Sequence record: NC_061451.1
Direction: 5' to 3' (one strand)
DNA length: 64,000 bases
Part shown: piece after piece, positions 46,294 to 56,509 of the stretch
Layout of the letters: the number at the start of each line of letters is the position of its first letter
How positions within the stretch are numbered: the first letter of the stretch is position 1
The notes under the pieces: generated by a model
Database searches by the model: none
Seen by the model: the letters and a program-made list of their open reading frames with translations, nothing else
Told to the model about the DNA's origin: nothing
Position numbers and translations under genes: made by a program

Positions 46294-46761
46294 TCACAAC
46301 GCCAATCCAATCCCTATCGCTGCAACAATACGCGTAAACCAAATCTGCATGTTGGCCGACTTCTGGTCTTCTATACGCGCCTTCCTTTCTGCTGCTAAGT
46401 CTTCGGAATAACCGTTAGCACGCACCTCTTCGGCTTGTGCAAGTCTCAGCAACTTGTTGCGCTCATCAATCGTCAGGTTAAGAGTCTCAAGCAGCTTGTT
46501 ACGCTCCTCAGTTCTGTCCTTACCTGCCTTGTACAGATTTATTAGATCAACCATCCCTTTCTTGTCCAGAGTTGCCAGCTTCTGATCGTCAACTTGCTTG
46601 AGCACAATCTGAGGCTTGGCAGGAACCTTTTCTGCTTCCCACTGAACTTTGTTGATCTGCTGAACATCCTGCATGGTAGTCTTTTTCTGAGCATCAATGT
46701 TACTCAGATTGGACGAACATCCGCACAGAATAAGGCACAACAGCATAATGATAGTTTTCAT
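46294..46761 (-). CDS. lipoprotein, probable o-spanin with extra C-terminal hydrophobic helix
   Basis: Lipobox LCGC at Cys15, coiled-coil body, C-terminal IWFTRIVAAIGIGLAL. Confidence 0.55.
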   Translation of the reverse strand: MKTIIMLLCLILCGCSSNLSNIDAQKKTTMQDVQQINKVQWEAEKVPAKPQIVLKQVDDQKLATLDKKGMVDLINLYKAGKDRTEERNKLLETLNLTIDERNKLLRLAQAEEVRANGYSEDLAAERKARIEDQKSANMQIWFTRIVAAIGIGLAL

Positions 46762-47063
46762 AGCTTGTTGTATTTCTCCGCCAGATCATCCATAGAATCG
46801 TTTTCAGATGCGGGCTTAGGGTCAGTCTCAGGCTTCCGTTCGTTCAAGCCCGCCACAGCATCGTTGACAGTCTTGCTGTCTTGGACCTGATTGGCAATAG
46901 CTTGTTCTCGCGTATTCTCTGCGGCTTTCTCTTCACCTGACGTGATTGATTCACTCGCTTTCGGACGACGAAAGAAAAGTGCAGCAACAATCAACACGAC
47001 TACTGAGGCGAAAATCTTCCAGTACTTCTTAAAAATTTCAATAGCCTTCGACATACCAATCAC
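46758..47063 (-). CDS. probable i-spanin
   Basis: Basic N-terminus, one TM, periplasmic helical tail; overlaps the lipoprotein gene. Confidence 0.5.
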   Translation of the reverse strand: MIGMSKAIEIFKKYWKIFASVVVLIVAALFFRRPKASESITSGEEKAAENTREQAIANQVQDSKTVNDAVAGLNERKPETDPKPASENDSMDDLAEKYNKL

Positions 47064-47384
47064 CTATTGGTTGTTATCGTTCTGATCAGTGTTCTGACCG
47101 TCAGCATCTTCTTTCTTTGACTTGGAGATTTGAGTGTTAATCAAGTTCTCTACCGTAAAAGCAAGAGAGAAATAGGTAAGATGATCTGTTTGGCCACTGC
47201 GAATCAAACTAATCATCATGCCTGTAGAGACGCATAGTGCCGCGATACTTGCGACAGGATTGAGCGTCCAGTACTCTTTCCATCCCAAGTGTTCGCGTCG
47301 CGTCTTAACGATATAGTTCATCAACACTCCGCCGATGTATGTGCAGGTGAAGGCGAAAATATCGGTATACGACAAATGCTCCAT
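47064..47384 (-). CDS. putative holin
   Basis: 2-3 hydrophobic segments, charged C-terminal tail, upstream of spanin pair. Confidence 0.45.
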   Translation of the reverse strand: MEHLSYTDIFAFTCTYIGGVLMNYIVKTRREHLGWKEYWTLNPVASIAALCVSTGMMISLIRSGQTDHLTYFSLAFTVENLINTQISKSKKEDADGQNTDQNDNNQ

Positions 47385-47439
47385 TGATCAATACTCCGTA
47401 TCGACAAAAGAAAAGGGAAGCCGAAGCCTCCCTCATGTA

Positions 47440-47679
47440 TCACAGCTGATCAGCGGTAATCTGACCTGCTTGATATAGTTCACGCTTGCGTTCTTTCCAT
47501 GTAGATGATACTTCTGAGAAGAACTCTTTCAGACGGTCGTCATCTAGCTCGAACGGCTGATCAACGCCATACTTGGTACATAAGGCATTGAACGTGGATT
47601 GGTACTCAGATTGCAGTAAGGACTTACCAGCACTAACTGACGTATATTCCTTAGCTGCCAAAGCAACTCGAATTTGCAT
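47440..47679 (-). CDS. hypothetical protein
   Basis: AGGAG RBS. Confidence 0.65.
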   Translation of the reverse strand: MQIRVALAAKEYTSVSAGKSLLQSEYQSTFNALCTKYGVDQPFELDDDRLKEFFSEVSSTWKERKRELYQAGQITADQL

Positions 47680-47714
47680 AACAGGCTCCTCGTATTAGAC
47701 TCTAGTAAATTAGC

Positions 47715-48320
47715 TTACTTGAAAGTAATAACGAGGTCGTTGATTACTGTGGCTTTCGATTGATCGTTGCCTGTTGTAGCGTTGGCATAGACCTTACCAC
47801 CAGCAATGCGAAGCTCTGCGCTGCTGTTCTCGTTACCCACTGAACCCACTGCAATGAAGTCGCAGTAGTATGAAGCGGTAGGCAAGCCTGTTGTCAGATT
47901 CAGCGCTAACGAACCACCAGCAACAAGCGCGAACCACGTAGGCGTTGCATCCTTAGTGATATAGCTGTTGCGGGTATCGGTGTTAGCAGCAACCAGTTTG
48001 GTGTTCATGGCAGCACCGAGAGTAATCGGTACGTTACTTGCCATAAGCGTTATGCTAGGCTTTAAGCCACCAACGCCACCAACGTAGTCTGCGTTGCGTG
48101 CGGTCAGGAACGAAGTCAGGTTCTGATAAGCTGCGTTCGAGCCTGCGTGCTGCGTAGCGCCGTTCAGAAAAGCATTCATCTCAGCTTTAGTTGGCTGAGT
48201 ACCTGTGAACAGCAACACTGCCACGTTCATTGAAGCATACGCGGTAGGCACAGAGCCAGACACATATGTTGAGATAGCGTTGCGCTGCATTGCGTTTGCT
48301 GTAGCTGGTAACATTCTCAT
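47715..48320 (-). CDS. virion structural protein, short paralog type
   Basis: LFTGTQPT...TPTWF...GSVGNENSSAELRIAGGKV. Confidence 0.65.
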   Translation of the reverse strand: MRMLPATANAMQRNAISTYVSGSVPTAYASMNVAVLLFTGTQPTKAEMNAFLNGATQHAGSNAAYQNLTSFLTARNADYVGGVGGLKPSITLMASNVPITLGAAMNTKLVAANTDTRNSYITKDATPTWFALVAGGSLALNLTTGLPTASYYCDFIAVGSVGNENSSAELRIAGGKVYANATTGNDQSKATVINDLVITFK

Positions 48321-49222
48321 TACACACTCTCCAGGAAGTTATCAGCGATGCGGAACGACAGGTCAGGCACGGCTTGCTGTGTGAACTTACCGATGTTAGG
48401 CACACCCAGCGTCATATCAGTAGGCACGTCAAGCACCAGACCATAATAGTCGTCTGCAACGTTACCCAGATAGTTGTTCGCGCCAGAAGGCATAGCAAGC
48501 AGCAACGGAACCAACACAACGTGCGTGAGAGCAGCGCTAACGTACTCACTGGACCGCTCTGCATACAGCGTGAATGACTGATAGGCTGTGGTTGCTGTCT
48601 TGCATGTGATGCGAATACGACGAGCAGTAATGTCCAGACCATCGTTCATGCCTTGAGCAAGCCCTGTGATTGACGTCCACACGTTGCTGCTGTCCAGATA
48701 GCTAATGTCAAACCAACCACTGCTTGGAAGCTGTGCAGAGTTAATCATCATACCACGTATATGCAACGAGCGACCGTAATCGTACTCAACCACATCGCCT
48801 AACGCCCATGAAGGAGAAACAGGACTAGTGAAGTCGAATGCGGCAGAGAGCTGTGAGCACACTTGCTGTGGTGTGTTGTTAGTACCAATAGCAGGCGTGA
48901 GGCGCGAATACTCAGGGTAAGTAGCAAACGTATCAACAGACGCACCAGCAATGAACTGAGTGCGCTTCTGCCCGTAACCGCCAATAGGAAGCATTGAACG
49001 CCCACGACTGAACTGACGCGTCAACAGACCATTAGCTTCTGTGCCTTGAGACTGGAACTTATATTCCACAGCACAACGTGAGCTTGCAATCAAGTCCATG
49101 AGTGTGCGTGGAATGGATGCGCTACTGCCGTTACGGAAGAAAGCAGCAAACCCGCTAGAGTTAGCGGCCGTGCCGACTGTCTGTAAGAACTGGTATAGCG
49201 CAACTTTTTCAGAGACTAACAT
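48320..49222 (-). CDS. virion structural protein with discoidin-like insert
   Basis: EYDYG, VWTSI, ARRIRI. Confidence 0.6.
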   Translation of the reverse strand: MLVSEKVALYQFLQTVGTAANSSGFAAFFRNGSSASIPRTLMDLIASSRCAVEYKFQSQGTEANGLLTRQFSRGRSMLPIGGYGQKRTQFIAGASVDTFATYPEYSRLTPAIGTNNTPQQVCSQLSAAFDFTSPVSPSWALGDVVEYDYGRSLHIRGMMINSAQLPSSGWFDISYLDSSNVWTSITGLAQGMNDGLDITARRIRITCKTATTAYQSFTLYAERSSEYVSAALTHVVLVPLLLAMPSGANNYLGNVADDYYGLVLDVPTDMTLGVPNIGKFTQQAVPDLSFRIADNFLESV

Positions 49223-49231
49223 CGTGCCTCC

Positions 49232-49762
49232 TTAGAGCTTGATGCGGATGTCAGATGGACGCACGGCAACGTTAGCTGTTACGGTACCGCCAACGATTTT
49301 AAGATCCGCTGTGGAGTTCTCATCGCCGACAGTTCCCCAGACCAACGCACTGCACGTAGTAGAGGCAGACCAGTTCGCAAACGCAGATCCCGCTGAGGCC
49401 GCTGCGCACAAACGCATCATGAACCAAGTAGGCGTGCCTGACGTAGCGATCACAAAGTTGTTAGCCTGTGAACTAAGAGGGATAACAAGCGACAGCGCAT
49501 CTGGGTCGATAGTCGGTACGATAGACAGACACGCTAAGTCACCGAGAAAGTTTGACGCTGTAGCGAAAGGTGCAACCGCAGCAGCCGTCCACGTAGGCAG
49601 CTGACTGGATCCCAACAGAGCGAGGATCTGATCGTCTGTAGGCATAGTTCCGTTGAACAGACCTACATGCAGCACGTTGTCCAACATAGTTGAGTTAGGA
49701 ACAAAACGCAGCAGCAGGTTGACCAAACTCTGGTTACTATTGAAAGAAGCAGATACACGCAT
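49232..49762 (-). CDS. virion structural protein, short paralog type
   Basis: GLFNGTMPT...TPTWF...GTVGDENSTADLKIVGGTV. Confidence 0.65.
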   Translation of the reverse strand: MRVSASFNSNQSLVNLLLRFVPNSTMLDNVLHVGLFNGTMPTDDQILALLGSSQLPTWTAAAVAPFATASNFLGDLACLSIVPTIDPDALSLVIPLSSQANNFVIATSGTPTWFMMRLCAAASAGSAFANWSASTTCSALVWGTVGDENSTADLKIVGGTVTANVAVRPSDIRIKL

Positions 49763-50826
49763 TAGTAGTTCTCCAGAGTTACAGGACGCAGGTTGATAAC
49801 AAGACTCGGGCACAGTTGCTCCTGTGCAGGAATCACAGTCGCGTCAGGCATAAGAATGTCGTTTGATGCAGAGACTTTCAGATCGTCTGTCACGCTAAGG
49901 CCAAAGTGGTTGAAGACACGCCCGTAGTTATACCCAGACTGATTCGACACCGCAGGGATAGCAGTGAATGACGTGGCAAAAGCAAACAAGCATCCAACCA
50001 TGTGACCGATTTTACTCATGGTACGCGGTGAAGTGCCTGAAACGTAGTCGCCATAGAAGTGCAGCGCGAACTGACCAAAGCCCGTAGGCCACTGAGTCAC
50101 AGCGTTAGCAGCTTTAGTCACTAAACGGAAACGACGTCCAGTAACAGTTGAAGGCAACTGGAAGTATTTCTCCGAGGCTGCACTGGCGTTGAACAGGTTA
50201 GCTGTTACGCTAGTAACGTCAGTCCAGCTACTGCCATTCTGCACCTGCAGGAAGACCATATACGGAGCAGATGAGACCAAGACGTTATTGCTGCCTGTAG
50301 CGAACGTCAATGACGCCAGAGAGTTGATAGCAACATCAGCACCAAAATCGTACTCAGCAATCGTCCACGAACCATCTGTGTTCTGCACACGAGGTTGAGG
50401 TAGAGAAGCTGTAGCATTCGCAGGGAATGGAATTAAGTTAGCGGCCGTAGTTGACGCACAACGATGTGCCAGAATCGTGAAGAAGATTTGGTCTAACTGT
50501 AAGGCAACGTTGGTCAATGAGTTTTGCGACAGCACGTTCGCATAGTCTGTGCTATACGTAGGCAGATTCACTTTAGGCAACACGCGTTTGCCACGATAAC
50601 CTTGAACAGTAGTCCACGCTGGTGCAGGAGATACCTGATATGCTGTCACTGTGTTCGGCGTAGCTGTGAACTGACCGCCACTTGGAGCCGCTGTAAAAGA
50701 ACGCGCAGACAGCATGTTGTTCAGCACTGTTTGCAGATCATAGTTCAAGGGATCCGGCATAGCTCCCTCAAGGAATGCACCGTAGATTTGCTGCGTGGTA
50801 CTCGAATTAAATGGAGCGAGTTTCAT
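49762..50826 (-). CDS. virion structural protein with discoidin-like insert
   Basis: AEYDFG, NGSSWTDV, GRRFRLV. Confidence 0.6.
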   Translation of the reverse strand: MKLAPFNSSTTQQIYGAFLEGAMPDPLNYDLQTVLNNMLSARSFTAAPSGGQFTATPNTVTAYQVSPAPAWTTVQGYRGKRVLPKVNLPTYSTDYANVLSQNSLTNVALQLDQIFFTILAHRCASTTAANLIPFPANATASLPQPRVQNTDGSWTIAEYDFGADVAINSLASLTFATGSNNVLVSSAPYMVFLQVQNGSSWTDVTSVTANLFNASAASEKYFQLPSTVTGRRFRLVTKAANAVTQWPTGFGQFALHFYGDYVSGTSPRTMSKIGHMVGCLFAFATSFTAIPAVSNQSGYNYGRVFNHFGLSVTDDLKVSASNDILMPDATVIPAQEQLCPSLVINLRPVTLENY

Positions 50827-50892
50827 ATTATGCCCTTGTGTTGAAGACACATCAAATTAATGAGTGCGGCACATATAGCACCGCACACAATC

Positions 50893-51423
50893 TTATACCT
50901 GGAACGACAGATCGAGGAAGCGATATGCCTGACTGGTCTTAATCGTGCCGCCGATGAACTGTAGTTCAGCATCAGAGCCTTCTGCACCGACAGTGCCGAT
51001 AATCACAGGCCCTGCAAGCAGCGTACCAGGAGAAGACGTTAGCATGAAGTTAGCCCATGAAGCCACAGCGGCCGCACCCGCAGCGGCAACGATACGAGCT
51101 ACGAAGTAGGTAGGTGTACCATCAGCCACGCCAACAAGTGTACGACTACTACCCGCAAGAGGCAGAGAGATTGTACGAGATGAAGGGTTGACAGAAGGTG
51201 TAAGGTTATCAATGGCGATAGAGCCAAGGAAGTTAGCCTGCGTCAAACCTAAACCTGTACCACCCAGCACGTTCCAACCCGAAGTTAGAGACATAGCCAT
51301 GAGATTTTTCATCTGAGGCTTAGTGCCTTTAAACAGACCGATATGCAACGTATTTGCCGCAATTGCAGTAGCAGGAAACACTGAGTTCAGTTGAGCCAAA
51401 GAAAGGCCACGGTTACTAATCAT
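50893..51423 (-). CDS. virion structural protein, short paralog type
   Basis: GLFKGTKP...TPTYF...GTVGAEGSDAELQFIGGTI. Confidence 0.65.
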   Translation of the reverse strand: MISNRGLSLAQLNSVFPATAIAANTLHIGLFKGTKPQMKNLMAMSLTSGWNVLGGTGLGLTQANFLGSIAIDNLTPSVNPSSRTISLPLAGSSRTLVGVADGTPTYFVARIVAAAGAAAVASWANFMLTSSPGTLLAGPVIIGTVGAEGSDAELQFIGGTIKTSQAYRFLDLSFQV

Positions 51424-52496
51424 ACGCCTCTCCCTACAATTGCATCAGCACGAACTTTGAAAGCAGGCACAGGCACGTCCGTAAACTTGTCTAGCGTGTA
51501 AGTTGCGTCACGCATGTAGATGTCCGAAGTGGCTGCTTTCGTCAGGTCATCTGTGATAGTCACGTGGAACATCGCGCAGTAACGGCCAAGCACTGTAGTA
51601 ATAGCAGCAGGATAGTTGAAAGCCCACTCAGTGGTAGTAGTATAGCCCGCGGCAGGGATTACATGCAGCATAGTCATGTGCTTGTACTTGCCCAATGTAC
51701 GTGGCTTGGTAGTGGTATAGTTGCCAAAGAAATGCAAACCAAACGGATAGTGACCAACAGTAGACCACGGGAAGGTCGGGTTCTTATTCACTACGCGGAA
51801 CTTCTGCGCTTTAACAGAAGCAGGAAGAACGTAATGATTCGAACCGTAGTTAGTGGACACACGGGTAGCTGCGTATACGTCTACTGCATCTATCCACTGC
51901 CCGTCAACTTGAGCCTGCAAAATAGTTTGCTGGGTATTCGTTATCATGTACGTGCTGTTGGTAGAACCACATGTTGTGCCGAGGATGCTCTTGAGTTCAA
52001 TCTCTGCACCGAAGTCGTACTCAGCACACAGCCACCAGCCTTCCGCAGTTGTGTTATAGATATTACTTAACACGCGGTTGCCTGATGTAGAGAAGGCAAC
52101 AATCGTATCAAAGTGATGCGCAATCATCGCAGCAGCTACAGCCTCGTTGTAATACTGAGCCTGAATAGAGAAACGCTGATCGATAGGTGCGAAACGAATT
52201 TTAGGCACGATACGCTTAGCACCAGCAGGCACGGCAATAGCTGAGTTACGTGCAACGGTTTCGATCCAAGAAGGAACAAAGTTGTTACCGCTAAACGTTG
52301 TATTGCTAATGCTTGGCGTAAACTGAGAAGCGATTGGCGATCCAATACGCGCCATGTTAAACAGACGTATAGCAACAGCTTCATTGAATGCGCTGTGAAT
52401 CCCTTTCTCACCATCGGCAGGAGCATCAGTATCATAGAGCAGACCAAAATACTGAGCGTTGCCTGACAGCAGAGGGTTGTACGGTAGAATCTCCAT
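51420..52496 (-). CDS. virion structural protein with discoidin-like insert
   Basis: AEYDFG, DGQWID, AQKFRV. Confidence 0.6.
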   Translation of the reverse strand: MEILPYNPLLSGNAQYFGLLYDTDAPADGEKGIHSAFNEAVAIRLFNMARIGSPIASQFTPSISNTTFSGNNFVPSWIETVARNSAIAVPAGAKRIVPKIRFAPIDQRFSIQAQYYNEAVAAAMIAHHFDTIVAFSTSGNRVLSNIYNTTAEGWWLCAEYDFGAEIELKSILGTTCGSTNSTYMITNTQQTILQAQVDGQWIDAVDVYAATRVSTNYGSNHYVLPASVKAQKFRVVNKNPTFPWSTVGHYPFGLHFFGNYTTTKPRTLGKYKHMTMLHVIPAAGYTTTTEWAFNYPAAITTVLGRYCAMFHVTITDDLTKAATSDIYMRDATYTLDKFTDVPVPAFKVRADAIVGRGV

Positions 52497-52503
52497 AATG
52501 TCC

Positions 52504-53085
52504 TCAGCTAAAAGTTATGTTATTGAGAACGATAGGACCGCTCAGTGTATAGGTACCATCACCGTTGTCAGTCAGAGTCGCACCCATCTGAGTCAGGTCA
52601 GCAGGCGTAAGCTCAACAACTGAGGGTATCGCAGTTGTTGTACCGATGGCGGCAACACCACTAAGGAACAAATACATGCGATTGAACGGTTGCGTGTATG
52701 TGATGCGACCCAAGTTCTGAATCAGAATATCCAACATGCGAGTACCATCACCCTGATTGATGATACGCACAGCGTTAGAACTGGAATTCACGACTGCGCT
52801 CATCGTACAGTTAACGCCAGCAGCATTCAGCGCTGTGCTCAGAGCATTGATCGTGATGTTCGACGCATACAGCGTATTCCAAATAGAGTCTGGAATGGTG
52901 TCGCCTGTAGAGAAAAGAATAGCTGCTCCTACTTCTGTACTGTAAGGAGCGCCGCCACCTTGCACAGCAACAGCATTATAGGGAGTCACTAGTGCTGGCA
53001 CCCAAGGCGCATCCACTGGAGAACTTGAGTTGTTAGAACTCAGAGCATCACCACGCATGTTCATCATGGCTTTAGAAATATACAT
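52504..53085 (-). CDS. virion structural protein, divergent short type
   Basis: Position and composition in the array. Confidence 0.55.
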   Translation of the reverse strand: MYISKAMMNMRGDALSSNNSSSPVDAPWVPALVTPYNAVAVQGGGAPYSTEVGAAILFSTGDTIPDSIWNTLYASNITINALSTALNAAGVNCTMSAVVNSSSNAVRIINQGDGTRMLDILIQNLGRITYTQPFNRMYLFLSGVAAIGTTTAIPSVVELTPADLTQMGATLTDNGDGTYTLSGPIVLNNITFS

Positions 53086-53987
53086 CAGCTACTCCTTGTG
53101 GTGAAGCGCAGCTTAGGACAATACATGATTGTCTTCTGGTTAGGAATAACGTCGCCCACGATCTTGAATGGACCTGACGTACCGCACGCACCAGCCGCAA
53201 ACATAATGTCATCAGAGTAGTCAATGCTACCATGAGTGAACGTATTGCAGTGAGTGAAAGCAGCCCACGTAGGAGCAGTTGCAGCAGCGCTTGGTGCAGC
53301 ATCTACGGAACTCAACAGGATGCGAGGCATGGACGCAGTGGTGCCTGAGTATTTGAAGCGATAGCGCTTAGCCGCACGTGGCGTAGACAGAGCGAGACAA
53401 GTAGCCTCACCAGCAACAGCCGTAGCACTACCTAACGCATATTCAGTCGCACCATCGTCAGACAACGCCACCAGCGTAAAGCCATCAGAAACAGTGCCGA
53501 GGAATTTGATGTGCGTTACAGTAACCGCAGTATCAAACTCAATGTCCGTATTGCTCGAAGCGGAACGTGAATACACGGACGCTACGGACCCAACGCCAAG
53601 AGGCAGCGTGATGTTTCTGTCAGTGAATCCGCTACGCGTAATGCGATTAGGCAGAAGCTGATTAACAGCGAGCGCAGCAGTACCCACAGTGCCGTAATAC
53701 GAAACGCCTTTAGGTATGTACTGCGACTGTAGAGCAAGCGCAATAACGTTACCGTTTTCTGTTCCTGTCACAGGATTACGCACGATACCAATCGCTTGGT
53801 TGTACATGTCCGCAAGTGACTTCTGGTTGAAAGCCGCAGCGAAGCCCGCATCAGATGTAGGCAGCTTACCGCTAAATGCAAAGATATTCCAGCCGGCGCC
53901 TACGTTCGGGTCATTCAGGACACCAGCTACGTTTGAGGCCGACCCAACAACTGCTTGAGCCATTTGGCGAGTATTGATGATTTTCAT
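53085..53987 (-). CDS. virion structural protein
   Basis: AFSGKLPT, IEFDT, AKRYRF, PTWAAF. Confidence 0.6.
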   Translation of the reverse strand: MKIINTRQMAQAVVGSASNVAGVLNDPNVGAGWNIFAFSGKLPTSDAGFAAAFNQKSLADMYNQAIGIVRNPVTGTENGNVIALALQSQYIPKGVSYYGTVGTAALAVNQLLPNRITRSGFTDRNITLPLGVGSVASVYSRSASSNTDIEFDTAVTVTHIKFLGTVSDGFTLVALSDDGATEYALGSATAVAGEATCLALSTPRAAKRYRFKYSGTTASMPRILLSSVDAAPSAAATAPTWAAFTHCNTFTHGSIDYSDDIMFAAGACGTSGPFKIVGDVIPNQKTIMYCPKLRFTTRSS

Positions 53988-54445
53988 TATCCCACCACCG
54001 GTGCAACAGGTTTGTTGGTAACTTTCGTATCGGACAGATCGAGATTACCTGTCTGCACACGAAACACGATGTTATCAAACAGCACGTCCAGTGTTGCTGT
54101 TGTGACGAACTGGCCACACACCACAGGCGCGTACTGCACAGGCGCTGGTGGGTTTGAGTTGAACGACTCAGGCATAAACTTAGACTGAGACTGCGTAGCC
54201 AGCACAGGTTTAAGCGTCAGAGTATCAACAGCCGCAGTACGCTTGCGCTGAATGAGCGACCACACATTCGCACCCAGCGTTAACGAAATGGCGGTAGCGC
54301 TAGTACGCGTCAGACTAATAGCAGACTGGTTTTCGTTGTCGTACTTACGGTTAGGCTGAGAGGAGCTGCTAATCTCTTGCTGTGAAAGCACGAACGTAAA
54401 GTCCGCAAACATATCTGGGTCATATGTGACGACAGGAATAAACAT
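53987..54445 (-). CDS. putative virion protein
   Basis: N-terminus MFIPVVTYD resembles the 57157 gene. Confidence 0.6.
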   Translation of the reverse strand: MFIPVVTYDPDMFADFTFVLSQQEISSSSQPNRKYDNENQSAISLTRTSATAISLTLGANVWSLIQRKRTAAVDTLTLKPVLATQSQSKFMPESFNSNPPAPVQYAPVVCGQFVTTATLDVLFDNIVFRVQTGNLDLSDTKVTNKPVAPVVG

Positions 54446-54447
54446 CG

Positions 54448-55542
54448 TTACACTCCTTGGCGAATGCTGTATTTGTCAATGATAGGCGTGTAGGCCGCAT
54501 TCGCACTTGAACCATAACCGCCTGTAACGATACTTCCAGTAACATTCGGCTTAACAATCGCATACGTGAAGCTATCCACAACAGTACCGTTGATGGAAAT
54601 AGTATGGATGTTTGACAGTGCGTTATACACATACTTGATGTGGACGTTGCTGGTGGTTTTCATCGCGGCATATGCAGCAATAGGACGAACCACTTTAGCA
54701 GCAGCCGCACCGCCACCTGAGTTGTTCCACAACAGGAAGCCTTTCTCGTTCGAACGGTCAAACGATAGCGTCAGTCTGTCAGTTAACGTGGTGCCCATCT
54801 TGAGCAGCGTGAACTCAGAGTAGTCCGTAGTGCTTGACTGACGATAATCAAACTCAATGGTGAATGACTGACTCAGATCGATATTGGACGTGAGAGACAT
54901 AACGCCTGTCGTGCCTAAATCGATACCAGCAGCACCGTCAGCAGGAGCTTTAGCGTTACCACTTACAGTCGCAGTGGCTCCAAGATAGTCAGCAAAGCTG
55001 GTGGCGCCAGGCGTCCACAACGAACTGTCCAGAGCTACAACCTCTGAACCGCCAAGCCATGTCGCTGTTGTGTTCTCTACCCACATGTTGGTCAGTGGAA
55101 TAGTGAAGCTGTTGATCGTAATCTGCGTCTTATATCCCGCTGCATCGTACTTGATGTTCAGGTCAGGATAAAGCAGAGTAACGTCCGTGCCTACAGTCAG
55201 ACACACAGGCAAGATGCCACCCAGAATAAGATGAGTAGGCACGCCTTCTGCAACTGCGGTCAACAGGCAATCAGATACGGAAATCTTCTGACGGTCGATA
55301 GTGCGAACGCAGTTGGTGCCTTTAGCCAGCACAGTACAGATACCGCTAGACGCTGCTAGTGCTGCATCAAACGAGTAACCTGCACCAGTCTGTGTCTGAT
55401 AGTTAAGGCACTTATTAATGTCTGTCTCAGTGAATCCGTTGTTGAGACGAACGAGATAACAGGACTTATCGTCGGCGGTAGCCTGAGCAAACAGACGAGT
55501 AAGCTGAGGTACGGCAGATGCTGCAAATAAACTGTATTTCAT
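54448..55542 (-). CDS. virion protein with C-terminal LamG/ConA-like domain
   Basis: SFTIEFDY, HIKYVYN...TISINGT, IDKY. Confidence 0.6.
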   Translation of the reverse strand: MKYSLFAASAVPQLTRLFAQATADDKSCYLVRLNNGFTETDINKCLNYQTQTGAGYSFDAALAASSGICTVLAKGTNCVRTIDRQKISVSDCLLTAVAEGVPTHLILGGILPVCLTVGTDVTLLYPDLNIKYDAAGYKTQITINSFTIPLTNMWVENTTATWLGGSEVVALDSSLWTPGATSFADYLGATATVSGNAKAPADGAAGIDLGTTGVMSLTSNIDLSQSFTIEFDYRQSSTTDYSEFTLLKMGTTLTDRLTLSFDRSNEKGFLLWNNSGGGAAAAKVVRPIAAYAAMKTTSNVHIKYVYNALSNIHTISINGTVVDSFTYAIVKPNVTGSIVTGGYGSSANAAYTPIIDKYSIRQGV

Positions 55543-55543
55543 G

Positions 55544-56500
55544 TTATACCTCAGTAGACAGGCGCATCTGAGCGATAGTAGCGAACTCACCCGGGCCCAA
55601 TGCGGTAGCCTGTACTTCGATTGGCTTACCACTACCGATAGCTCCGACTTCGCAAGCGAAATAAGTTGGGATGTAGTTGCCATTTGCCAAAGCACCATAG
55701 TTGGTATCTTGAATCACGACGATAGCGCTTTGCACAGTCTTGTAACTCGCATTCACACCAACATCAGATGCAGTCACAGGAATAGCGCGGCGGTTAGCTA
55801 CAGAGTGGACAAGTCTAAAGCGATTGCTTGCAGCAGGCACGGTGGCCAGCATGTTACCTTCCTGGTTGGCTGCAATAGACCACGCAACAGCAGTTCCAAT
55901 AGAACCATCACTGTTGATAGGAGCAATCGTACCACTCGTAATCAGCGACTGATCGTTAACGTCAGACAGCATGGCATTGATCGTTACCACGTTGTCATAC
56001 GTCAGGTCAGTAGTTGATAAGTGAATCCCAGGCTGCGCTGCATCGTGAGGGATACCCGCATAGTCCCAAGGACGATAGCCCGCTTGACCAATACCCCACA
56101 GTGCTTTGTTGCCTGCATCGATCGAGGTAGTGTACGCAGTTTGAATCGCAACGTTTGCAGCAGCCGAGTAGCCTACAGGAAATGCCTTAGAAGGATAGTG
56201 AATCGTTGCCCCGTTCTTTGGTTCGTACACAGAACCCGAACGCGCTTTCCATCCCTCAGACAAATCAAGCAGTGGCAGCAGGCCTTCTGTTGTTGGACGC
56301 AATACTACCTTCGTTGCAGCAACTGCGTTGTTGAACAGGTTGCGCATGTCAGTCAAATGCTGGCGGAAGTTGCCTTGATCTGCAATGGTGTTCTCAAAGA
56401 AGAACACGTTGGCGATAATACCATTGGACGCTGTATTCGCCCAGCCGGAGCCTTGCTGTAGCACAGACAGCGGCAGAATGTTATGTCCTAAGATACGCAT
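55544..56500 (-). CDS. virion structural protein
   Basis: SNRFRLV, EVGAIGSGKPIE shared with the array. Confidence 0.6.
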   Translation of the reverse strand: MRILGHNILPLSVLQQGSGWANTASNGIIANVFFFENTIADQGNFRQHLTDMRNLFNNAVAATKVVLRPTTEGLLPLLDLSEGWKARSGSVYEPKNGATIHYPSKAFPVGYSAAANVAIQTAYTTSIDAGNKALWGIGQAGYRPWDYAGIPHDAAQPGIHLSTTDLTYDNVVTINAMLSDVNDQSLITSGTIAPINSDGSIGTAVAWSIAANQEGNMLATVPAASNRFRLVHSVANRRAIPVTASDVGVNASYKTVQSAIVVIQDTNYGALANGNYIPTYFACEVGAIGSGKPIEVQATALGPGEFATIAQMRLSTEV

Positions 56501-56509
56501 CAGAACCTC

